A stretch of 64,000 bases of DNA from Mobula hypostoma. Its lineage: Eukaryota. The stretch is from NCBI RefSeq assembly GCF_963921235.1, contig NC_086098.1, positions 7,936,001-8,000,000 of the forward strand, in the 5' to 3' direction. This document shows, piece after piece, positions 25,824-38,539 of this stretch; the stretch's first letter is position 1, and each line of letters starts with the position of its first letter. The position numbers were made by a program, and so were the translations under genes. The notes under the pieces were generated by a model. It saw only the letters and a program-made list of their open reading frames with translations, searched no databases and had not been told where the DNA came from.

Positions 25824-27314
25824 ATTACTGTGAAGGCAGAGGAAAAAGAGGGGCAGGATCGAGCTGTGGATCAATTGGGGGCTTCTGATGGTGCCATCCC
25901 CCAAGTTTACTGTAACCTGACCTCTCTGAAGACAAATCAGAATTGAGTTCTGGAGAAGTGGCAGCTGCTCAGCGAGATGATCCGGGCATTGGCACCATTT
26001 GGTCAGCAGTCAAAAAGGGAGACATGGCTCAGGGGGAGAAGACGAAACACGCGTCATTGCCTCCATTACTGTGAGAATGACCTCGACTGGAGTTGCGGAC
26101 CCAGATCCTATACTGTGTCACGCCACCCCCAGACCAACCTTGGCGTTGCCGGCTGGTTCTGCCGAGAAGTATCGGAAGATTGCGTTGAAGTCACTTCATG
26201 ATGATTCTGGATATTTGGGGGTGGAAAAGACCTATGGATTGCTCAGAGACCGGTTTTACTGGCCCCGAATGAAGTCGGAGGTCGAAGAATACTGCAAGTC
26301 GTGCACTTGATGCATACGGCGGAAGACACTGCCTACACAGGCAGCTCCCTTGTCCCGCTTGCAGAGTGCAGGGCCCCTGTACCTGGTGCGTGTGGATTTC
26401 CTGTCAATAGGACCCGATACCAGCAACACGGCGAATGTCTTAGTCATCACAGACCACTACACCAGGTATGCTCAGGCTTTTCCTACCAACGATCAGAGGG
26501 TTTCCACGGTGGCCAAAGTGTTATGGGAGAAGGATTTCATCTATGACAGCCTTCCAAGGCGGATACATAGTGATCAGGGATGGGATTTCGAGAGCAGGCT
26601 CATCCTTGAGTTACTGGGCATGCTTGGGGTTGAAAAGTCGAGGGCTACTCCCTCTCATCCGCAGGGTGATCCCCAGCCTGAGAGGTTTAATCGGACCTTG
26701 CTAGACATGCTCGGGACCCTGGAGATCAGCAAGAAGAGCAGGTGGAGTCAACATATTGGACATCTGGTTCACAGTTACAACTGTACCCAAAATGAAGCTA
26801 CTGGGTACTCGCTATATTATCTAATGCAGAGGTCCCCAACCTTTTTATGCACTGTGGACCGGTTTAATATTGACAATATTCTTGCGAACCGGCCGACCGG
26901 TGCAGGGGGAGGTGGTGTTAATCATGACCGGAATATAGGTGATAAGTCAAGTATAAGTCACTTATAAGTGGCTAATACACTCAATTTCATTTCTAAAGGG
27001 GTTTATCTAATGAATTTAACATTAAACACACAGCGCATATTTTCCTCGCATGAATATAGTGGTAAGTCAATTATAACAGTTGTCTCAAACCTCCGGGCCG
27101 TGAAGAATGCACTGGTACAGCGGTGGCCGGAACACACCCAGCATATCTTTAAGAAAAAAGCCGAAATAAACAAGCTAATTGATTAGTGCTGGGCGGTACC
27201 TAATCAATTAAAAACGCAAACACAAGGAAATCTGCAGAGCTGGAATTTCAAGCAACACACATCAAAGTTGCTGGTGAACGCAGCAAGTCAGGCAGCATCT
27301 CTAGGAAGAGGTAC

Positions 27315-27350
27315 AGTCGACGTTTCAGGCTGAGACCTTTCGTCAGGACT
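27315..27350 (-). ncRNA. Minimal type I hammerhead ribozyme motif, core intact
   Basis: Reverse complement agtc-CTGACGA-a-aggt-ctca-gcct-GAAA-cg-TC-gact. Confidence 0.75.
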
Positions 27351-27709
27351 AACTAAAGGAAGAGCTAGTAAGAGATTTGAAAGTGGGAGGGGGAGGGGGA
27401 GATCCAAAATGATAGGAGAAGACAGGAGGGGGAGGGATGGAGCCAAGAGCTGGACAGGTGATTGGCAAAAGGGATATGAGAAGATCATGGGACGGGAGGC
27501 CCAGGGAGAAAGAAAAAGGGGAGTGGGGGGACCCAGAGGGTGGGCAAGGGGTATAGTGAGAGGGACAGAGGGAGAAAAAGGAGAGAGAGAAAAAGAATGT
27601 GTGTATATGAATAAATAAATAAATAACGGCTGGAGTACGGAGGGAGGTGGGGCATTAGCGGAAGTTTGAGAAGTCAAACGAAAATCTCTTACTAGCTCTT
27701 CTTTCAGTT

Positions 27710-27745
27710 AGTCCTGACGAAGGGTCTCGGCCCGAATCGTCGACT
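27710..27745 (+). ncRNA. Hammerhead ribozyme motif with GAAA>GAAT change
   Basis: agtc-CTGACGA-a-gggt-ctcg-gccc-GAAT-cg-TC-gact. Confidence 0.65.
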
Positions 27746-29606
27746 GTACCTCTTCCTGGAGATGCTGCTTGGCCTGCTGCATTCACCAGCAACTTTTTTG
27801 TGTGTTACGTAATCAATTAGCTTGTTTATTTTGGCTTTTATCTTAAAGATGTGTTGAGTGCGTTCTGGCTACCGCTGTACCGCTGCATTCTTTGCGGCCC
27901 GGAGGTTGAGACCACTGAATTATAAGTCACTTATAAGTCAATAGCATCATAACATTTTAAGTAACGTTTGGCTATTAAACACACAGCGCATATTTTCCTC
28001 GTATGAACATATAAAATCATTGCAACACACCAATATCGCTGAATCAGTGGGAGCCCTGGGCTTGTTTTCCTGCAACAAGACGGTCCCATCGAGGGGTGAT
28101 GGGAGACAGCGATACTCGAAGGGGGTTCCTTAGGTCCAGTCTATTCCGTGATTTAGTTTTCATTGCATTCATTGCAGAAAACTCCGCTTCGCAGGGATAT
28201 GGTGTTGGAAATGGAAGCAACGTTTTCAGTGCTTTCGTGGCTATCTCAGGATATTCAGTCTTGACTTTGATCCAGAATGCCAGCAAGAGATGTTATGTCA
28301 AACATACTTTTCAGCCCACCATCATTTGCAAGCTCGAGGAGTCGATCTTTTTCCCGCGCTGACACGGATGATTCACCGGGGACATTAACAAATGGGTCAC
28401 ATACCCATTCCTTTACACATCGTGGGTCATTTGCATCTTGGGTCACTGATGACCTCACGTGTGTTAAAGTTCAACACTGGGCATGACAGGGAATGAGGAA
28501 AGGTGCAGCTGACTCATATCGTTTCATATCGCCAAATCATATCATTTCCTCGCGGCCTGGTAGCACATGCTTTGCGGCCCGATACCTGGGGATCACTGAT
28601 CTAATGTCTGGGCGTGAGGCGAAGTTGCCCAAAGACCTTTGTTTTGGGACTGACGAGGGTGACTTACCACCAAAGACTTATCTGAAGTATGTGTCTGATA
28701 TGAGACGAGAATTGAAAAAGGCTTATGAATTAGCTGGGGTCATGGCTGCCAGGCAGAATCAAGAGAATAAGAGGAGATACGATCAAAAGGTGAGGTTCTC
28801 CCAACTCCTGCAAGGAGACCGAGACCTCATAAGGAATTTGGGGCTACCTGGGAAACATAAATTGGCTGACCGCTGGGTGGCTAAGCCCCATGTGATGGAG
28901 AGTCAGATGCCAAATCTACCAGTTTTCCAGGTGAAACCACAGGAGGGGAATGGGCCTGTTAAGATTTTCCATCAGAGCCACCTACTGCCCCTGGGACAAG
29001 AAGTGCTTGTAGACCCAGAGCCCGACTTGGAGACTACAAATAATAAGGGGACTCTGTGGAAACGCGGGGCGGCTGCAGGGCCCACAGCTTGAGAGGTTAG
29101 GCCGGCACCCATCCCTGAGAGGGATACTGATTCAGAGGATGAGGATCTGGATGTGTGGTACATGCTGCCTTTCGCTAACTCCCCAATGATTGAGGAAGAG
29201 ACTTCCAGCCTTTCTCCCGCTGAGTCAGGTGAAGTAGGGGGACAGCCTGGGTTTCAGCGGGACCCTGCAAGGGATGAAGTGGGGCTTGGCCAAGGGACAG
29301 AGCGGTCTGACTTGCAAGTGGGCATGAGTGATTGGTCGGGGGAGGCCTTGCCAGGTAGACCAGAAGTATCCCCATTAGTGTCTGAACATGAAGAGTTAAG
29401 TGAGGGGGTGCGGAGGTCTCAGAGAATTAGGAAACCACTGGATAGGCTGGCCTATGTAGCACCGGCGGCAACAGAGTGTGACCCCTACTGTTTTGGGGAG
29501 CTTTGTCACTGCCTTTTGCACCTGGATTGGACTATGTGTTTTGCAGGAAGGGTTGGCGAATTATCTCAATGTCATGAGGACATAACTAAATTTGGTGGGG
29601 GAAGAG

Positions 29607-30208
29607 TGTAATACACTGTAAGGTTTCTCTGCTAATATAATGGGCTCTCTGTAATGTTCCACTGTTAATGTAATGGTTTCTCTGTATCAGCAATGTTTGG
29701 GTTATGACTAGGGATAACGGGGGCTTTGGAATTTATGCTAACCAATGAGAGGCATGTTATTCTTTCTTGTGGGTCTGGGAGAAGGGATTTTGCGGTCTTT
29801 TGTCGGTGAGAGATGAAGAGAGAAGACGCGAATGGAAAGAATTGGTAGGCCGCTGGACAGCGTGGACTTGGAGCGAGGGGGGTCCGACAGTCAGCGACAC
29901 TTGGAGGAGGTAGATGGGGGACAAAAGGACAATTCCGTGAGCTCCAACGTGCACTTTAGACTGTTTCATTAAAATGGGCCCTTTTTCTTTTTATTTTCTT
30001 TACTAACCCTATATTCAGATTAAGATTTATAAAGATCAATCGTTTAATTGCATAAGGTGTATTTTGATATTACTGATATTTTGCGGTTCGGATTTGTAAC
30101 CGGGCAACACATCACGTAGCATCCACACAAACGATATTTCTCAGTTTGGCTGGGCCACAGGCTGTCTCACCCTAGACAAACGTATGCTGGCCGAACCTCA
30201 GGGTTACA
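29607..30208 (+). repeat. Gypsy 3' LTR (602 bp)
   Basis: TGTAA...TTACA ends directly after the PPT; homologous to the solo LTR at 52455-53065. Confidence 0.88.
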
Positions 30209-30239
30209 CATACACTCACTGATTAAGTCACAAACTGAC

Positions 30240-30760
30240 TTTTTTGCATCACAACCTGGTACTCCAGCTGCAGTGCTGTCGACAAAGGAGCTTTGCAGAG
30301 GGTGGTTAGGGGAGCAGAGAAGGTTATTGGGGTCTCCCTACCTTCTGCCCAAGCTCTCTTTCAGAGTCGATGCCTCCAGAAGACACGGTACATCATTAAA
30401 GACCCCTCACACCCTCTCCATGAACTGTTTGTTCTTCTGCCATCAGGCAAACGTTACAGGAGCATCAAAACTAAAACCACAAGGCTACTAAACAGCTTCC
30501 TCCCACAGGCAGTCAGACTGCTAAATAGCTGCTCTACCTGACTCTGCTTTGGACACTTTTAACTTGCACTGGACACTTATAACTGATTTAACTGACACAT
30601 GTGGCTGTTGTGTTTTACTATTTATTGTTATGTTTATTATTTAGTGTTGCGTTTGTTATGTTATGATTGCACTGCTCCTGAGAAATGCTGTCTCATTCTG
30701 CTGATGTATGGTTAGAATGACAATAAAGTTTTTTGAATCTTTGAATCTTGAATCTTTGAA
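30240..30760 (+). mobile_element. Rex-Babar-like LINE 3' end
   Basis: IIKDPSHPLHELFVLLPSGKRYRSIKTKTTRLLNSFLPQAVRLLN; gacaataaa and (ttgaatc)n tail. Confidence 0.88.
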
Positions 30761-30761
30761 A

Positions 30762-30932
30762 CTAAGAGAAAATTTGCAGATGCTGGAAATCCGAGCATCA
30801 CACACAAAATGCTGGAGGAACTCAGCAGGCATGAAGCCTGCTGAAGGGTTTCGGCCTGAAACACCAGCTGTGTTCTTTTCCGTAGATGCTGCCTTGCGTG
30901 CTGAGTTTCTCCAGCATTTTGTGTGTGTTGTT
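30762..30932. mobile_element. Short fold-back Penelope-derived element
   Basis: cacacacaaaatgctggaggaactcagca ... tgctgagtttctccagcattttgtgtgtg inverted arms around a hammerhead-like core at 30834-30870. Confidence 0.7.
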
Positions 30933-32051
30933 CAACGACTTAGTAACAGCTTCTTCCCCTCTGCCATCCGCTTTCTGAACGGACATTCAATAACACCAAC
31001 TCACAATCTATTTTTCTTCTTTTTGCACTACTCATTTAATTTAACTTTCTAAATATATATATGGTGACAGTCTGTCGTGACCACTGCCTCTTTCCGGACT
31101 GCCACGGAGATGTTACCATGATCAAGTGTTGGTTGTCCATCGTATCCAATAATGACAGGAAACCCATGCAGGAGAGTTTATAAGATGGAAAAGCTTTTGA
31201 ACTGGGGCATTTCCACCCTCTTGACCACAGAGGCCCAGTTTCAGTCGTATGAGCAAACTGAGTCTTTCTTGGTTGTAGTGGATGACCACGACTTCTTCTG
31301 TACCTTGTCATGCCCTTCACTCTCGGTGGAGGGTTACAGAGCCACCTTCTGGGCCATTGCTCTTATCTACAGATCTCATCTGCCCAGTCCACCGGCGTTG
31401 GCGACAACAAATATGGCGGAGATATTTGATTCTGATCCGATTCTGAGCTTGTGATCTGCCTTGCTTTTCCCTTTTTGGACAAACACTGTATGTGCTGTGT
31501 CTCCACCTGCTCATCAGACACTGGTTCGACCTCAGCTGAAATACTGCATTTAGTTCTAGGCATTGCCCTTTTGGAGAGATGTTAAAGCTTCGGGGATGTC
31601 ATGGAACTAATTTACTAGAACAGTAACAGGAATAGAGACCTCAATTACGTGAGGACATATGATGTTGAGATTTTGTTCCTAAAAGCAGCAGTGAACATGA
31701 TAGAGGTCTTCAAAGCCATGAGTGATTTTTGATAGAGTAAATACAGAGAAATGGTTTACAGTAGCAAGATTTGGAGACCTGAGCAGGTTGTGAGGACCAG
31801 AGGTGACATGAGGAAACGATTTCTTTTTGCATCAAGTTATTTTGATGTGTGTCTGACAAGACAACTGAAGAAGTAAATGTTAAAGAACCGTATAAGAGGG
31901 GAAAATAAGGAATGGGATAAGTTAGACAAGGCGATTCAAATATCCAATCCAGGCATGATAAAGATGAACTTATTTTTTCTATTATTTATATTTCTATAAT
32001 TCTATGACACAAAAAGGAGTCTTGACTTGTGCTTGAGGTTTATAAACTGCA

Positions 32052-32435
32052 TTAGAAGATTGAGGGGAGGTTCAATAGAGGTATACAAAATTATGAGGGC
32101 TATAGATAGGGTAAGTTCAAGCAGGCTTTTTCCACTGAGTTGGGTGGAACCAGAGGTCACAGGTTAAGGGTGAAAGATGAAAAGTTTCAGGGGAACATGA
32201 GGGGAAACTTCTTCACTTAAAGAGTTGTGAGAGTGTGGAATGAGCTGCCAGCACAAGTGAAGCATGTGAGCTCGAGTTCAGCATTTAAGAGAAGTTTTGA
32301 AAGTACATGGATAGTAGGGGTATGGAGGCCTATGGTTTGGGTGCAGGTCGATGGGAGTAGGTAGGCAGTTAATATGGTCTTGACATGGACTAGATAGAAT
32401 GAAGGGCCTTTTTCTATGCTATACTTCTCTGTGAT
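32052..32435 (+). mobile_element. CR1 LINE 3' end
   Basis: ttagaagattgaggggag..atagaggtatacaaaattatgagggg..ttcttcact..gtggaatgagctgcc. Confidence 0.8.
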
Positions 32436-32782
32436 GTAATAATCTTATAAACTTTGATCAGGTCTCCCCTTGGTCTCTGCTGCTGCGAGTCACTCTGCAC
32501 CTTGAATATGCCATCCATTGATTCACTTCAGACCTGGATCTCACTACCGAAGAAGCCAGATGGAGAATTATGGTGAGAGTTTAATGATGTTCTACAAAGT
32601 GACCATCCAACCTTTGCTTGGTTCCTGCGATGTGAAAGAGGCCACGGTACTGAATGCAATGTTCTGGATTGGATGAGGTACAAATGAATTCATGGGAGCA
32701 GCATTTCATTCAAGGATTCAATGATTCAACGATTCAAAGTACACTTATTATCAAAGTATGTACAGTATACAGAACCTTCCAG

Positions 32783-33186
32783 GAGGACCACAACCTTGTC
32801 ATGGTTTGAAGGCTTGTGTGCCTCAATGACCCGGAGAGCTGTGCTGGCTGGAGTCAGGGATTTATGCTCTGGCTCTTGGTAGGGTCACCCATGCCCAACA
32901 GGTCAAAGGGTAGAGGCCAGACTAAGAGTGGCCCACCGGTCCTCCAGGTTTGGGCATTCAGCTCAGGGCTAACAACCCTGACTGGTCAAACAAAACTGTT
33001 ACGGAAACAGCGATGAAGAGTCCTTCTATATCTGAGTGCGATGGTATTCCTGAGTCTCCACCCGGGAGTTGCATGAATGACAGTAGTGAAAACTGAGCTA
33101 CTGACAGAATGAAGGAATCCCTGAACACCACCAGAGATGGAGGACCTTCATTGCTGCCCTAAACGCCAGTGCGTAATGGGCAGTCG
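32783..33186 (+). mobile_element. Bipartite non-autonomous RTE derivative
   Basis: accttgtcatggtttgaaggcttg..ggtagggtcacccatg 5' UTR block followed by an RTE-like 3' end (ggaggaccttcattgctgcccta). Confidence 0.6.
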
Positions 33187-34005
33187 GGATATATACAGGA
33201 TACGACTCTGAGGTCCGTCCTCCCACAGGTAGCCACGAAACAAAGAAACGCCATGGAACCCGTTCAAGATAACTTCAAACAACCAAGGCACAAAAAAAGA
33301 ACAAATTACTGAAAAGCAAAGGGCAAGGGGACAACAAACAGAATATCAGACATCAAACCAGGAGTCCAATAGTGCCCAGTTTGGCTCAGTTCAGCATCGT
33401 GCTGCTCGCCCACTGCAGGCCACAGCGTAAAGCATTCTTCGTTGAAGCACCCCAGACTGCACTGATCAAACCTCTCAGAAATAGGAAAGGAGGAGTAACC
33501 AAAGTCCAAGATTCATTCGCAGAAATGTGGGAAGATCAAAAGATAAAAACCAGATGTTGTTCCTCCTACAGCTGCATACCTTGAGAAAAGGACCAGGAGT
33601 TGGCAAAAATGGAAGAGCAAATCAGGAAGTCGTGAAGAAATGATGTCTTCATAATGCTAAACCAGGAGAAAAGGAGAACATAGAACATAGAGAAATACAG
33701 AACAGTACAGGCTCTTCAGCCCATAATGTTGTGCTGACCCTTTAACCTACTCCAACTTCAATCTAACCGTTCCCTCCTATATACAATAGCCCTCTGTTAT
33801 CCTTTCGTTCACATGCTTATCTAAGATTATCCTAAATATCCCAAATGTGTCTGCCTCTACTGCATAACAACATAAGAAATAAGAGCAGGAGCCGGACATC
33901 TGGTCCATCGAGCCTGCTCCTCATTCGATAAGATCATGGCTGACCTGGCCATGGATTCATCTCCACCTACCTGCCTTTTCCCCATAACCCTTACTATGCA
34001 AAAAT

Positions 34006-34212
34006 GGTAGGACCAGCTGATGGTATAGTGGTATCAGCACTGGACTTCAAGGCAGATGGGTCCTGAGTTCAAACCCAGCCGGTCTCGACCCAGGCAGCAG
34101 TATCTGCTTGGAAGATATCTACTTCTGTATCTTTCCATGAAAACTCTATGGACCCCATGGTCCATGAGGTCACGAAAAGTCAGACTTGACTAAACAACTG
34201 AACAACAACAAC
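34006..34212 (+). mobile_element. tRNA-derived SINE with RTE-like 3' tail
   Basis: A box tggtatagtgg, B box gagttcaaacc, tail gtccatgaggtcacgaaaagtcagacttgact(aac)n; 10-bp TSD atgcaaaaat (33996-34005, 34213-34222). Confidence 0.85.
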
Positions 34213-34699
34213 ATGCAAAAATCTATCCAACCTTGTCTTAAATATATTTACTGAGGTAGCCTCCACTGCTTCATTAGGCAGAGAATTCCACAGATTCACC
34301 ACTCCCTAGGAAAAGCCTCCCCTGGGGACTAATATCACCCCTGGGAGCACGTTCTAACACCCACCACTCTCGCTGTAAAAGGCTTACTGCTGACATTTCC
34401 ACTATACTTTCCTCCAAACATCTTAAAATGATGCCACATCATATTCGTCATTTCCATCCTGAGAAAGTGTCTCTACGTAAGCACTCAATCTATGCTTCTT
34501 GTACACCTCTATTAAGTCACATCTAATTCTCCTTTTCTCCAGAGAGAAAAGCCTTATCTCACTCAACCTAACTCAAAAGACATACTCTCTAATCCAAGTA
34601 GCATCCTGGTAGATCTCCTCTGCACCCTCTCTAAAGCTTCCACATACTCCCTATAATGAGGTGACTTGAACTGAACAGAATACTCTAAGTGTGATCTAA

Positions 34700-34900
34700 A
34701 ACAAGAGAAAATCTGCCGGTGCTGGAAATCCAAGCAACGCACACAAACTCAGCAGACCAGGCAGCATCTAGGAAAAGAGTACAGTCGACATTTCGGGCCA
34801 GAAGAATCCCGCTGAAGTGTTTTAGTTTGAAACGTCGCCTGTACTCTTTTCCCAGATGCTGCCTGGACTGCTGAGTTCCTCCAGCACTTACTGTGTTTTG
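34700..34900. mobile_element. Fold-back Penelope-derived element
   Basis: ctcagcagaccaggcagcatctaggaaaagagtacag and ctgtactcttttcccagatgctgcctggactgctgag inverted arms. Confidence 0.7.
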
Positions 34901-35017
34901 CCAGGTGTTATCTAACCAGGCTTTTATAGAGCTGCAAGAGATGCCCTATCTGCTGTTAGCATCATTTTGAAGGTAAAATGAACGATGGAGAATAGCAGCT
35001 GATTGTAGAATTTCATA

Positions 35018-35340
35018 AAAACAAGAGCTTCTGCAGATGCTGGAAATCCAAAGCATCACACACAAAATGTCGGAGGATCTCAGCAGGTCAGGCAGCTTCT
35101 ATGGAAATGAATAAACAGTCAATGTTTCAGGCTGAGACCCTTCATCAGGACAGGACTGTAAAGGGAGAGGGAAGATGCCAAAATAAAAAGCTCAGGAGAG
35201 GGGAAGGAGGGTAGCTAGAAGGCGATAGGTGAAGCCAGGTAGGTAGGAAAAATAAAGGGCTGGAGAGGAAGGAATCTGTAAAAGAGGAGAGTGGACTGTG
35301 AGAGATAGTGAAGGAAGAGGGGACCCAGAGGGAGGTGATA
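35018..35340 (-). mobile_element. Penelope-like terminal repeat with hammerhead motif (35117-35152)
   Basis: Reverse complement gtc-CTGATGA-agggtctcagcct-GAAA-ca-TT-gact, plus a purine-rich tract. Confidence 0.7.
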
Positions 35341-36194
35341 ATGTTGTGTGTGAGTTATATGTTATATGTACAGAGTTGTGCACCTTGGTCTGGAGGAACG
35401 CTGTTTCATTTGGTTATATGCATGCATATGGGTGAATGACAATAAACTTCAACTTGTACTTGAATCAGATGTGTCGAGAGAAAAAGAAAAGACCAGACTT
35501 AAAGTATTCATGGTCTTCTCATACTCAGACTAGAGATAACAAAGTTCCATTGATAACAACCAATCTATAAAACAGTCAAATTCATTTGACAACCATTACT
35601 GAAAACCAAGAAATTTATGGAAAATTACAGAAGCAACTGTACTATAATTACTAGAAAATACTGAAAAATAGCATTTCTACATCCCACTGCAAAATGATGT
35701 ACTGAAAATTGATGAGAGACCCTGTAGCGTTGCAATGGATATTGGTTGTTAACCTATCCCTGAAATGAAGATAGGCATTACCAAAAGGAAGGAGAGAGTT
35801 GAAGACTCCCAGTAAATGCGGTATGTATTTCCATGGTGATCTGATCGTTTGCCTCAATGTGATGGGACAGACAAAGAGTAAGGCTCTGAAAGAGGGAGCA
35901 TGAGGAACTGGACTGGACTGGTCTGGGTTTAAAGTGTTTAGGGGAAATTGAAAGGAGTTAATTCTTCAGAATGGACATGAGTTATTAAGTCGTTCTGTGA
36001 ACCAGACACAGTGAAATCTAAAGATAAACAAATAATGTTTCAAAATTAAAGGTTATTTATCAAGTATACATTAAAACATAGAAGGAAATGCATCATTTGT
36101 ATTGACCATGATGGTATTGGGCTTGCTCTCTGTGAAGTTCTGATCTCATATGAACAGGTAACCACACTAAAGGGAGGTTATACTGCAGCCTTGG

Positions 36195-36540
36195 GTGAGG
36201 TGGAGATCTGTTTCTACCAAAGGAGGTGTACAATGCTCCTTCCCTCTGCTAGCCTATAAGTCACCCTTGGGCAAGATGTAGCACCTGCTTAAGGGAGCCA
36301 TGGGAGCAGGTGGTGGATGGTCGGATGAGCAGCTGGTACAGATCACAAGTCCTGGTTGTATGACCACGGACACCAGGCAGACAATCTCTGAAGAGTATTG
36401 ACAATGGCTGGGATCACCCATCTTGTAAAGTCACTGCTGAGAAGAAGGCAATGGCAAACTACTTCTTAAGAAAAGTTTGTCAAGATCAATCATGGTCATG
36501 GAAAGACCATGATCGCCCATGCCATATAACAAATGAACGA
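36195..36540 (+). mobile_element. RTE-related SINE-like element (family A, copy 3)
   Basis: Colinear with 21750-22058 and with the reverse complement of 16470-16820. Confidence 0.7.
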
Positions 36541-37244
36541 TGCTGTAGCCACCTACTCCTGAAAGGCTGGTTCACTTCCCTGTTTAACGCCCATGGCAAG
36601 TTTGGCTGTCATTACCCACTATTTGAGAAGTGGGTCCACCTCACTACCAAGGAGGTGATACTTCCAGCTAGGAAAGTAGTTTAAACACTGTTCATTTATT
36701 TTTAGTGATACACATTTAAATTTAGATAAAATTATTAAAACACATTTAAAATTCACAGAGGGCTATATTTTATAAAAGATTTCCAAATTACAAATGATTT
36801 CTAAAACACAAAGAATTTCCAAAACACAGATAGATACAATTCATATACGCTAAAATGACACACTAGTAAGGTGCGGTCATTTGTCACAGAGATCAAAGGC
36901 AGAGGAATGGATTCTAGTCACCCCGTCTTTCTGTCATTCTGTACTGTGCTGTACTATTCTATGGTCTGTTACATTCATCAGTGGGAGGAGAATACATTGT
37001 TTAATTAAGCCGAGGCAAACCCTATTGTTTTCTCTTGATAAAATAATGGGCGAATGAGGATCCTATTTATTAATGAATTAGATAATTTATTGATACAGCA
37101 CAAAGTAGGCCCTTCTGACCCTTCAAGCCACACTGCCCCAACAACCCCAAACAACCTTGATTTAACCCTAACCTAATCACAGGACAATTTAGAATGTCCA
37201 ATTAACCAACTAAATATGTCTTTAGACTGTGGGTGGATACAAAA

Positions 37245-38240
37245 CACTGACACACAAAGGGTCTTTGGAGTCCTTGTACAGGATTCCCTAAAGGTTAATT
37301 TGCAGAGTGAGTCCGTAGTGAGGGAGGCAAATGCAACTTTAGCATTCCTTTCATGTGTTGGCACGTGGCCGTGGTTAAGGTGTTGACGCATGGCCAAGTG
37401 GTTAAGGCATCAGTCTAGTGACCTGAAGGTCGCTAGTTCAAGCCTCAGCTGAGGCAGCATGTTGTCTCCTTGAGCAAGGCACTTAACCACACATTGCTCT
37501 GCGACGACACTGGTGCCAAGCTGTATCGACCCTAGTGCCCTTCCCTTGGACAACATTGGGGTCGTGGAGAGGGGAGACTTGCAGCATGGGCAACTGCTGG
37601 TCTTCTATACAACCTTGCCCAGGCCTGCACCCTGGAAACCTTCCAAGGTGCAAATCCATGGTCTCACGATACTAGCGGATGCCTATATATAAATTCATTT
37701 CAAGAGGGCTAGGATATAAAACCAAGGATGTAATGTTAAGGCTTTATAAGGAATAGATGTGCTGGCATTTGAGAAGTTCCAGAGGAGGTTCACAAATTGA
37801 ATGGCTTGCCAAATGCAGAGTGTTTGATGGCTCTGGACCTGTATTCACCAGAATTCAGAGGAATGAGGTGTAACCTAACTGAAACGTATTAAATGGTGAA
37901 AGGCCTTGATAAAGTGGATGTGGAGAGGATGTGTCCTATGGTGGGAGAGTCTAAGAATAGAGGATCTACCCTCAGAACAGAGGGGTGTTCTTTTGAACGG
38001 AGATGAGGAGGAATTTCTTTAGCCAGAAACTGGGGAATCTATGGGATTTGTTGCCACAGGCAATTGTGAAGGCCAAGTCTTTATGTATATTTATGGCAGA
38101 GGGTGGTAGGTTGCTGATTAGTCAGGCCATGAAGGGATACAGGGAGAAGGAAGGAGATTGGGGATGAGAGGCATGATGAAACGGTGGAGCAGACTCATTG
38201 GGCCAAATGGCCTAATTCTGCTCCTGTATGTTATGATCTT
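37245..38240 (+). mobile_element. CR1 LINE 3' part, interrupted by a SINE
   Basis: aaggttaatttgcag..gcaaatgcaactttagcattc|SINE|atttcaagagggctag..; CR1 3' UTR ending tgttatgatcttatg. Confidence 0.8.
37360..37690 (+). mobile_element. tRNA-derived CORE-like SINE
   Basis: A box tggccaagtgg, B box agttcaagcc, tccttgagcaaggcacttaacc core; partially duplicated head. Confidence 0.75.
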
Positions 38241-38539
38241 ATGAAACTGTAGCACCTGGAGAAACCCCACGCATTCCTCGGGGAGAACGTACAGAGATCC
38301 CTTACAGATTCGGAGTCCGACTCTGGAACACCCTGAGCTGTAATAGTGTCTCACTAACTGCTACACTATTGAGATGCCTTCTTCATTAGTTTATGACATG
38401 AGGCTGAGCAAGGAATATTGGTTAGAAATTTAACTTACTCAAAGCCAACCCAATGACTCCTGAAGAGCCAGCTGCTGTGTTACACAGCTGAACATGGCAG
38501 AAAGGTCCCCCGGGCCCCGGACAGCGATATCCATCACAT

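Larger units (their letters stand above)
27211..27809. mobile_element. Penelope-like insertion with inverted terminal-repeat copies
   Basis: 10-bp TSD taatcaatta (27201-27210, 27810-27819); 27682-27806 is the reverse complement of 27254-27378; purine-rich core. Confidence 0.85.
27077..27917. mobile_element. Palindromic hAT MITE (about 230 bp without its insert)
   Basis: Arms 27077-27186 and 27810-27917 are reverse complements; 8-bp TSD aattataa (27069-27076, 27918-27925). Confidence 0.92.
26827..28598 (-). mobile_element. hAT-Charlie/Buster-like DNA transposon, internally deleted
   Basis: TIRs cagaggtcccc / ggggatcactg; 8-bp TSD atctaatg (26819-26826, 28599-28606); dimerisation-domain remnant FWIKVKTEYPEIATKALKTLLPFPTPYPCEAEFSAM..KTKSRNRL. 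Confidence 0.93.
25824..30208 (+). mobile_element. Gypsy/Ty3 LTR retrotransposon 3' part (integrase + 3' LTR), interrupted by hAT
   Basis: LHDDSGYLGVEKTYGLLRDRFYWPRMKSEVEEYCKSC (zinc finger), VDFL..ITDHYTRYAQAF..IHSDQGWDFES..ERFNRTL (rve), GPY/F-like KLADRW; PPT ggtgggggaagag at 29594-29606. Confidence 0.92.
33675..34940 (-). mobile_element. CR1 3' end with nested CR1 tail, SINE and PLE fold-back
   Basis: (agaacat)n tail at 33675; RT C-terminal remnants 34340-34935; second CR1 3' UTR at 33865-34315. Confidence 0.7.

Noticed and set aside
26350..26967. Intact or domesticated integrase
   Set aside because: The ORF runs into the hAT at 26827, and upstream Gypsy sequence has stops.
28044..28458. 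Domesticated ZBED/Buster-type gene
   Set aside because: Only a frameshifted C-terminal remnant inside an element with TIRs and TSD.
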